Of a stretch of DNA of 64,000 nt, positions 57,407-64,000 are shown piece by piece (position 1 is the first letter of the stretch; the number at the start of each line of letters is the position of its first letter). The stretch lies in contig CBDCEX010000017.1 in NCBI GenBank assembly GCA_965216025.1, positions 455,189 through 519,188 on the forward strand, read 5' to 3'. Under the pieces are notes generated by a model. That model saw only the letters and a program-made list of their open reading frames with translations, was not told the origin of the DNA and did not search any database. Position numbers and translations under genes: made by a program. This DNA comes from Dehalococcoidia bacterium (GTDB lineage: Bacteria; Chloroflexota; Dehalococcoidia; Lucifugimonadales; UBA3495).

Positions 57407-58270
57407 TCAGCAGATGGGGTCCGCCGTTTCGTCTGCGCTCTGCGTCTGCTGCCGGAGCATGGACGGCAACAGGACCTTGACGTCCATCTCGTCGGCCTGC
57501 CGCTGTTGTTGCGGCTGGATCACCTCGCCGACCACGGCCGCGATGGTGGCCTCACCGGTGGCGGCCGCCACCGTGGCGGCCCTGTCGTGGGCTCTCCGGA
57601 TGTCGTCTAGCCTGATGGTGAGCGAGACTTCAAACGCGGCGTGGACGTACCGTTTGTCGTCGGCGCGGCGAGCTCGGATGATGATGTCCGCCACCATCAC
57701 GTGGTCCGCCTGCTGCTCGGTGATGCGGCCGGCTTCCTCGGCCGCGTTGATGGCCTCGAGGAACTCGTGGTCGGTGTCCCGGCCGGCGGCGAGCAGGATG
57801 CGCCCCCTCGTGAGGGCGAGTTCATTCATGGCGATGTTCAGGATGTTCAGCCGGGCGCGGTTTTCGAGGTCGCTGCCGGTCAGGGACGCCACGTCGGTTT
57901 TCAGGGTTCCTACGTCGGCCTTGAGGGTGCTAACGTCGGTTTTGAGAACACCCACGTCGGTTTCGATTGACGTGAGGCGGCGGTCGGTGGCGGCGGCAAA
58001 ATCGTGGAAGCTGGCGCTGAGGTCGGTCACGAGGCCCACCAGCTGGGCGAATTGCTCCGGCAGGGCGATGAGGTCGGGCAGCAGCAGCCGGGTCCGCATG
58101 TCTTGCAGGTACTCGGGATTGCTGTCCAGGAAGTCCAGCAGGTGTTGATATTCGGGCGGGTACATGGTGTGTTTTCCTCTCAACGCTACGTTGTGATTAT
58201 AGAGCATTGACGGCTGAGTGCGAGGGCTGGAAGGCCTGCTCGGTGTGCCGTGTCCGCGCTTGCAGACCAT
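57407..58270 (-). CDS. Hypothetical protein with an 11-residue-repeat coiled coil and a possible PD-(D/E)xK-like C-terminal domain
   Basis: TDVGVLKTDVSTLKADVGTLKTDVASL repeats. The C-terminal part has ..VADIIIRARRADDKRYVHAAFEVSLTI... The likely start is the internal Met (MYPPEYQHLLDF). Confidence 0.4.
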   Translation of the reverse strand: MVCKRGHGTPSRPSSPRTQPSMLYNHNVALRGKHTMYPPEYQHLLDFLDSNPEYLQDMRTRLLLPDLIALPEQFAQLVGLVTDLSASFHDFAAATDRRLTSIETDVGVLKTDVSTLKADVGTLKTDVASLTGSDLENRARLNILNIAMNELALTRGRILLAAGRDTDHEFLEAINAAEEAGRITEQQADHVMVADIIIRARRADDKRYVHAAFEVSLTIRLDDIRRAHDRAATVAAATGEATIAAVVGEVIQPQQQRQADEMDVKVLLPSMLRQQTQSADETADPIC

Positions 58271-58672
58271 GGTGTGGGATTAGTTCATCACGCTGTCCTG
58301 GCCTTCCCCTTTGGATGTACGAGGTTTCCACGACTTGCGGTGGTTATCAGCGCAGGATCAGCAATGGACCTGCCCGGGTACGGCAGGTTTCCGACAATCT
58401 TTGCAGATGCTCAATTCTTTGAGCTTGCGGCGATTTTCAACGGCGCGTGCCCGAGCTCGTTCCCGTGTTCGTCCGGGGTTGGGCGGACTCTCTTTGGCTT
58501 CTAGGATGCTTTCGGCTTGCGGTTTGGATCGTCGCGGGTTTCGGGGTTTTACGGTCACGAGAGGATACTGCTTTTGGATTGGCAGACGTCCTGGTCTTGC
58601 GTTTAGGTGCCGGCTTGGCCTCGTAGGCGGGGTTGGTGGTGACGGGGAAATCGAATTCCCACTCAAAGGTTG

Positions 58673-58769
58673 TGCCTACTGCCCACTTGTGCGGGGGAAC
58701 CCTACGGCTACAAGAGCGGATGGGCTGAACATACCGGGGTCGGTCTATCCCCGCGTGGGCGGGGGAACC
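58673..58769 (-). CRISPR. Type I-E CRISPR mini-array 2, adjacent to cas2: 1 intact repeat, 1 spacer and 1 degenerate repeat
   Basis: Intact repeat CGGTCTATCCCCGCGTGGGCGGGGGAACC at 58741-58769. The degenerate copy ..CACTTGTGCGGGGGAACC ends at 58701. A 79-nt leader-like gap separates it from the cas2 stop. Confidence 0.7.
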
Positions 58770-58848
58770 CCTATTTCGCCAATACCAACAAGGTTGGAAT
58801 ATCGCCGAAGCCAATTATAGGCACTTCTCCAAGCTTGTTGTCAGATGG

Positions 58849-59136
58849 TTAATGATATTTGACCAAGTATACTCCGTCCGCATCCACAATCTCCTTCGGA
58901 GACTCGCCCAGGGTGCGGATCTGCTGCTCGCCCACGGCCGAAGGGTCACGCCAGGTCATCACTATCGATCCCTGGCCCAGCTGGTAGTACCACTCTGCCA
59001 GAACGTTCCATATCCGCTCCCTTATCCCTCTGGTCATGTTGGGCGAGGTGTACACTCCCGGGGCTATTTCCAGCATCACTGACGCCAGGAATCCCCGGTA
59101 CCGGGCTTCGACATTGACCGTTACCACCACTGTCAT
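58849..59136 (-). CDS. cas2: CRISPR-associated endoribonuclease Cas2 (I-E type)
   Basis: 95 aa, MTVVVTVNVEARYRGFLASVMLEIAPGVYTSP.. It overlaps the cas1 stop by 4 nt. Confidence 0.9.
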   Translation of the reverse strand: MTVVVTVNVEARYRGFLASVMLEIAPGVYTSPNMTRGIRERIWNVLAEWYYQLGQGSIVMTWRDPSAVGEQQIRTLGESPKEIVDADGVYLVKYH

Positions 59137-60209
59137 TCGTTCATCTCCCCGGTTATTTCGTCTGCCACGTCTTCAAAAAAGACAGGCTCATCGACCGGGA
59201 GAGAGCCTCGGTCTTCCGGGTCCATCTCCAGGGGAGGCACGTCCTGGAACAGGGCCTTGATGCGGTCGATCATCTTGGCGATGACCCGCTCCCTTCGCAG
59301 CAGGTCCCCGGTGGTCCTGCGGGTGTGCCGCTCTATCTCCAGGTGGGGCTGGTCCATCACCTCCCTGGCAGACTGGAAGGCCGCGGGCAGCAGAATCGTG
59401 TCCCGGAACAGGTCGGCAATGTCCAGGGCGAAGGCTTCACCGCTGTGTTCGTGAATGAAACCCAGCTGTGGGATGGCCCCCGTTGCGGTCACTGCAATCA
59501 CTGCTGCCGATGTCACCGCCACCGACGCGTGGTTGATGGCCTGGTTGGGCAGGTCCGCCCAATCAGGATCGGTCCGGTCATAACGCCGGTTTCTCCATTC
59601 AATCCCATACCGTTGCGCCACCAGGCGGTAGGTGCGCCTCATCCGGGCTCCCTCGACCCCGCGAAGCGCCGAAAGATCCTGCTGGGGCAGCACTTCTCCC
59701 AATCGCAGCGCGTACATCTTCTTCGCGATGGTGATTCGGCCGCCGTCGGCGTCGGCCCAGGCCCGCATCTGGCGGCGGGCAGTGTCCGACGTATCCGGCA
59801 TCAATGGTGGAGCAGTGTAGCACCGGACCCCATCCTCTCCGACGGCTACCAGGGCAGTCCCGTGGCGGGCCATCAACCTCAGGGCGTCATGGCTGACCGT
59901 CGAACCCGGCCCCAGCAGAATCATGGACAGCGACTGGAAGGGAATGCCGTAGTCGCCGCTGTCCAGGCCGCTGCCGCTATCGGGCTCGGCGTTCCGCTCG
60001 AACCGCAGGGTGCCGTCCCGCACCGTCAGCGCCCCTCGGGACAGCCACAACAGGCCATGCCGGTCGGCGTGGGGAATCCGGGCCGTTTCCAGGCCAAGCC
60101 TTCCTCTCAACATTTCTCTTTCTCCGGTGGCAGTTGCCGCCGGCTGGGGTAAAGGACCTCCACACCCCAGCCGGCGGGCTAATGCGGCAACCCCACTCTC
60201 GTTATTCAA
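59133..60209 (-). CDS. cas1: CRISPR-associated integrase Cas1 (I-E type)
   Basis: Collinear with E. coli Cas1 (..LGPGSTVSHDALRLMARHG.., LRGVEGARMR, IPQLGFIHEHSGEAFALDIADLFR). The true start is probably the internal MLRGRLG. Confidence 0.9.
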   Translation of the reverse strand: MNNESGVAALARRLGCGGPLPQPAATATGEREMLRGRLGLETARIPHADRHGLLWLSRGALTVRDGTLRFERNAEPDSGSGLDSGDYGIPFQSLSMILLGPGSTVSHDALRLMARHGTALVAVGEDGVRCYTAPPLMPDTSDTARRQMRAWADADGGRITIAKKMYALRLGEVLPQQDLSALRGVEGARMRRTYRLVAQRYGIEWRNRRYDRTDPDWADLPNQAINHASVAVTSAAVIAVTATGAIPQLGFIHEHSGEAFALDIADLFRDTILLPAAFQSAREVMDQPHLEIERHTRRTTGDLLRRERVIAKMIDRIKALFQDVPPLEMDPEDRGSLPVDEPVFFEDVADEITGEMNE

Positions 60210-60241
60210 TTGTTAAGGTGCTCACACCACAACCCAACACG

Positions 60242-61003
60242 CTACGACCCCACTGGCCTGCCCGGCGGCCTCAGCAGCAGCATCCCGTACCCGTAGGACC
60301 GGTGACGGCCGATACCCCGGGCCAGCAATTCCGCGAAAGCCCTGGGGTTGGTGATTGAAAGCACGCCCCGAAGCACGGCGTCGGGTCCTTCCACATGCCG
60401 GCCCCGGTGTTTGCGGAAGGACCGGATGCGCTGGAAGGACACCAGTTTGGTCTGCTCCAACTCCAGCGCGGCGCCGCCGTTCCGTTCGAGCCGGTCCGAC
60501 AGCCATCGCAGATAGACCTCATCGCGGCTTCGGGACATTTCTCCTTTCGGATGAGTCTCTGCATCAACCTGGTAGGCATCCAACTCGGCGCCGGCCCGCT
60601 CCGAACCCCGGGCCTTCCTGACTACGGGCCGCACCCGTATCTCAAAACCGAGGCGTTTCCCCTTCTGCCACTCCGGCGGCATTGGTTTGGTGTCAACCCC
60701 GGCAGGGGGGACGGCGCGCAGCTGCAACGGGTCGGCGAAGGCACCCGCCGCTTCCCGCAAGGCTGCGGTGGTAGCAGTGCCGTAACCGTACAATGTGCCC
60801 TGTCTGCATCCTCGGGGAATCATCAGCCGGAAGGGCTTCGGCGCCAGTTCCCCGAAGGTTTCGGTCAGGAGACAGTGCATGGCGTGGTCCGGGTCCTGCA
60901 GGCGGCGGGTGCCCATCCACCGCTGGAAGTCGCGGACGTTCACATCAGCGCGCACCATTTGCAGGGTGGCCGTCCCTTCGGGCGCGTCGGCTACCGTCGT
61001 CAT
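60242..61003 (-). CDS. cas6e: Cas6e (CasE/Cse3) crRNA endoribonuclease
   Basis: Position after cas5e and family-typical segments (HAMHCLLTETFG.., GIGRHRSYGYGMLLLRP). Confidence 0.85.
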   Translation of the reverse strand: MTTVADAPEGTATLQMVRADVNVRDFQRWMGTRRLQDPDHAMHCLLTETFGELAPKPFRLMIPRGCRQGTLYGYGTATTAALREAAGAFADPLQLRAVPPAGVDTKPMPPEWQKGKRLGFEIRVRPVVRKARGSERAGAELDAYQVDAETHPKGEMSRSRDEVYLRWLSDRLERNGGAALELEQTKLVSFQRIRSFRKHRGRHVEGPDAVLRGVLSITNPRAFAELLARGIGRHRSYGYGMLLLRPPGRPVGS

Positions 61004-61770
61004 ACGGTACCCTCCTTCCCCGGAGTTTCTGTCAGTCCGGCGGGGAAATCATCCCGTGCCGAGGTGCCTTCGCACACCCAGCGTCCGCCGCCGTGCAGTC
61101 CCGAGACCCAGTTGCGCTGGTCGGTGAGAATATGGGTGTCGTTGAGCCGGACATGGGATCCCGGTTCCTCCCCCGACGGCCATATCAGGCGCACTCTTTC
61201 GGGAGCCTGCTCCACTTCCAGGGGTGTTTGAAGCAGGGCGTCGATCACCGAGCCGGCCCCCACGCTTCCCCCGTACAGGGGCGCAGAGGGCAGGCAGGGC
61301 TTCCGCCCAATAAACAACGGCCGGACCGGTTCGTCCAGGGCCACCGCAAGGTCTTCCAGCGTTGGCGTTTGCTCCGAGGGTTCCAGCCGAAGGGCAACAC
61401 TCACCCGCATATCGGCAAAGTAGTCGCGCCATCGCAGGTGGGGGGCAAGGTAGGTATTGGCGCCTCCGGCCCTCTCGTCGGGCGCTCCCCGCGTGGTCCA
61501 ACCCCTGTCGTTGGCCCCCAGTTGGGCCGTCTGGAAGTCCGTCAACCGGACACCGCCGGCAGGTTCCCGGTCGATGCGGGCGGCGAAGACCAGCCGGTCC
61601 TGCAGATCCTGGTGCCGCTCCCGATCCACCCGCCGCCACCCCAGAGCGTTGGCCAGCAGTCCGGTGAGCATCGACACGGCGGGAAACCACCGGATGACTC
61701 CCAGGTTGTCGATGGTCTCGCCGCCGAAGGACATCAGCGGCGATTCCAGGTTCAGGATCAGGTGATTCAT
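61000..61770 (-). CDS. cas5e: Cas5e (CasD)
   Basis: MNHLILNLESPLMSFGGE..MLTGLLANALGW is the Cas5 N-terminal signature. The ATG overlaps the cas7e stop. Confidence 0.85.
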   Translation of the reverse strand: MNHLILNLESPLMSFGGETIDNLGVIRWFPAVSMLTGLLANALGWRRVDRERHQDLQDRLVFAARIDREPAGGVRLTDFQTAQLGANDRGWTTRGAPDERAGGANTYLAPHLRWRDYFADMRVSVALRLEPSEQTPTLEDLAVALDEPVRPLFIGRKPCLPSAPLYGGSVGAGSVIDALLQTPLEVEQAPERVRLIWPSGEEPGSHVRLNDTHILTDQRNWVSGLHGGGRWVCEGTSARDDFPAGLTETPGKEGTV

Positions 61771-62790
61771 TACGGCCCCACTTCCCCGTTCGCGACCACT
61801 CGGGACGCCCACGCCGCCAGGTCATCCAGGCACAAATGCTCCGCGCCCGGGATGTCACATTCCTCCACCGACATCACCCGGCGGCCCTCGTTGCAGCCGT
61901 ATGCCCCGTCCAGCTTGCCCAGGTACCCCGACAGCCGGGCGGTGGCATCCTCCACCAGCGGCCTCGCCGGATCCCGGTACGCGTTGGCCAGGGACCGGGG
62001 CTGCCGGCTCCCAGCCTCAACCAGCATCAGGTCGGCGCAGGCGTAGGGCGCGGTGGACCCGAGCTTGGCCCCCGGAGTAACCGTCGCTATCAGATGCAGC
62101 AGGTTTTCAACCACCTTCGCGCCCAGGGCACGGTCGGCCGTCTGCCATTCATCGGCGGGGCATCCTTCCAGGTTGGAAACCAGCGACGGCACGTCGACTA
62201 CGACGTAGCCGTAGAACAGCCCGGCGGTCAGCTCCATGTCTCCGATGTGGGCGGCTCCGGCGTCCTCGTCATCCCGCTGCAGGTCGTCCACCACCGAGAA
62301 ATAATCGCTCTCGCTCTCCTCACCATGGACGGTCAAAGCGTGGGCCACGTGTATCGCCGCCTCGATGTTGGCCCCGGGATCGGAAGTAACCATTCGGCCG
62401 AACAGCGCTCCCTCCAGGCCGGCGGGCAGACGGGCTCCATCCAGGAGGGCGCGGAAGTTGTTGCCCTGGCCGCGTCGGGCGTTGAAAAGGGCGGTGGCGG
62501 CGGCGCCGGCGGCCTTGGCATCGCCGGAGTGTTCGTCGCAGATGGCGGTGGCCCGCTCCCGCAGGTGTTCTACCTCGGGGAGGCCGAGGAGTAGCGGTTG
62601 GCGTCCTCGCTCCGTAGTGCCGCTGCTCCCGTAGACGCCCCGGTTGAAGGCCTCACCCACCGCGTCAAGCACGTCTTCGCCGTAATTGCCAGCATCCTTC
62701 AGCACTTGGATAACCTTACGTTCGACGATGTTCCGGGAGCGCAGGGCCGACGTGCTGCCGTCGATGCCGTGCAGCGAAAACTCATCCTGG
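61770..62790 (-). pseudogene. cas7e: Cas7e (CasC/Cse4) lacking its N-terminal ~55 codons
   Basis: Collinear with E. coli CasC from about residue 60 (..SALRS.., ALFGRMVTSD, IHVAHALTVH, YFSVVDDL, GLFYGYVVVD, TPGAKLGSTAPY). The NLNRDD..GG.RR.R.SSQ..KRA N-terminus is absent in all frames. Confidence 0.75.
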
Positions 62791-63390
62791 GCCAACCGCC
62801 AGCCACCGCTGCCACTCCAGGTTCTTCTCCCTGCGCTGTGCCTGGTCGGGAAGGTCGAACTCGTCCTGCAGATCCTCGAAAAACCGGGCGTCGACGATCT
62901 TGTCCAGTTGGTCCAGCCACAGTCTTGCCAGCCGACGGCCCTCCGGAGGGAGGTCGGACTCCTCCCCTCGGGCCAGAAACACCTGGATGGCATGACTGAG
63001 GATGCGTTGGACGATTCGGACCTTTTCGATCCGGCCCCGGGCAATGGTCTCCAGGTCAGCTGCGCCGCCGCTGGCGCCAAAAGCCCGGACCGTCCTGGGC
63101 CTCAGGGGGATGACCCGCTCGTGGTAGCCCGCGGTCTGGCCCTGGCCCCGCACCATGGCCCGCGCAACCAGCTGCGTCCTGCCGGTGTTGGCTCCGGCGG
63201 AGCGGGACGTGTTCCACAGGACGGGCAGTTTCCAGTCGCCGGCCGAAAAATAGTCAACCACCCGGTTGTAGCTGAAACCTCCGGATGCCAGCGTGAGGGA
63301 CTTGCCGTCCTTGGTGTTGACGGATGTCCAGGGGTCTCCGGTGCGCCCGTTCAGATTCCTGGCCTCGATGCGGGCAGCCTTGCCCCACAT
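62782..63390 (-). pseudogene. cas8e: Cas8e (Cse1/CasA) internal/C-terminal fragment
   Basis: ..GQTAGYHERVIPL.. and ..DKIVDARFFEDLQDEF.. are typical of the C-terminal half of Cse1. The ORF opens in AT-rich non-coding DNA next to an IS1380. It ends at the junction with cas7e, with no cse2 in between. Confidence 0.55.
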
Positions 63391-63542
63391 TTCCCATATG
63401 GCTAAAAAGCTTTCTCAGTAATTCGTCGATGGTCTTTCAACCATTGTCTAATTATGGGCCTTTTTTGCGTGTTCCCAGCTATAATAACTCCATGATATGT
63501 CCGCTTTGCAGTAAGATGCCGTAGGCATCATGGAGGCACCTG

Positions 63543-64000
63543 ATGGGTGATGGCGAAAAAGCCCCTCTCCGGCTCCAATTCAACCCCAAAGTCCGCCTGG
63601 AATTTCACGGCTCAACCATCACCTCCGACGCTGGTCTTCTTGCCTTTCGAGAGTTTGATGATGCCTTGGGCCTTACCGAAATCGCTGAGGACTACCTCCA
63701 GGAAAGCCGTACCGGACGCAATATCCTTCACCACCTGGTTCCGCTGCTAAGACAGTCGATCTACAGCCGCTTGGCCGGCTACGACGACACCAATGACGCA
63801 GTGCGCCTTTCCCAAGACCCAGCCATGCGAGTGATCGTGGGATGGCAAGGCTCGGAGCGGAAAGGAGCCAGCACCAGTGAGATGGGCCGGTTCGAGACGG
63901 AGTTCCTGACCCAAGAGGACAACCTGAAGGGGCTGGCACGAATAAATACCCAGTGGGTGGAACGAGCTATGGCCCATACCCTACACCGGCGAGCAATCCT
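63543..64000 (+). CDS. IS1380-family transposase (3' partial, runs off the window)
   Basis: My own translation is MGDGEKAPLRLQFNPKVRLEFHGSTITSDAGLLAFREFDDALGLTEIAEDYLQESRTGRNILHHLVPLLRQSIYSRLAGYDDTNDAVRLSQDPAMR.., which matches the IS1380 N-terminal signature. It is not in the ORF track because no stop lies within the window. Confidence 0.8.
   Translation, partial: MGDGEKAPLRLQFNPKVRLEFHGSTITSDAGLLAFREFDDALGLTEIAEDYLQESRTGRNILHHLVPLLRQSIYSRLAGYDDTNDAVRLSQDPAMRVIVGWQGSERKGASTSEMGRFETEFLTQEDNLKGLARINTQWVERAMAHTLHRRAI

Overview
The window has two parts, and I worked by eye only, so repeat and IS boundaries may be off by a few nt.

**Part 1, about 1-22.4 kb: ordinary housekeeping DNA.**
- The style resembles Chloroflexota or Actinobacteria, but I cannot establish the taxon.
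- It encodes a 5'-partial giant IPT/TIG-repeat surface protein, a NUDIX hydrolase and an LLM oxidoreductase.
- It also encodes rpoB, rpoC, pyrD, a VTT/YqaA-like membrane protein and an alpha/beta hydrolase.
- An IS630 element sits at the stop codon of a ClpC-type ATPase.
- The heat-shock cluster is cbpA-hspR-clpC, divergent from hsp20.

**Part 2, about 22.4-64 kb: a mosaic of mobile DNA and decaying defence loci.**
- A truncated group II intron lies behind the hsp20 terminator.
- There are at least 9 IS elements or fragments: IS4/IS701-like, IS66, ISAzo13, IS701, two ISAs1 copies, IS21 remnants and two IS1380 members.
- A 178-bp MITE is present in 3.5 copies.
- A tRNA-Arg 3' fragment lies next to an excisionase-like gene.
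- A tyrosine recombinase lies next to an HNH-motif protein.
- The type I R-M operon is broken by five lesions and carries an embedded DUF433/PIN-like pair plus T5orf172 and DUF4357-like genes.
- The type I-E CRISPR-Cas locus keeps cas1, cas2, cas6e and cas5e. It has lost cse2 and the cas7 5' end. Its cse1 is truncated next to an IS1380, and no cas3 is in the window. Two tiny arrays remain.

**Novelty.** I found no intact, clearly novel multi-gene system. The best candidates for follow-up are:
- the accessory cassette inside the R-M operon;
- the HNH-motif gene beside the integrase;
- a thrice-repeated 20-nt motif around the ISAzo13 element;
- the MITE family;
- an odd self-duplication in the rpoB 5' end.

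**Caveat.** Several frameshifts fall in homopolymer runs, so sequencing error must be excluded before calling those genes pseudogenes.
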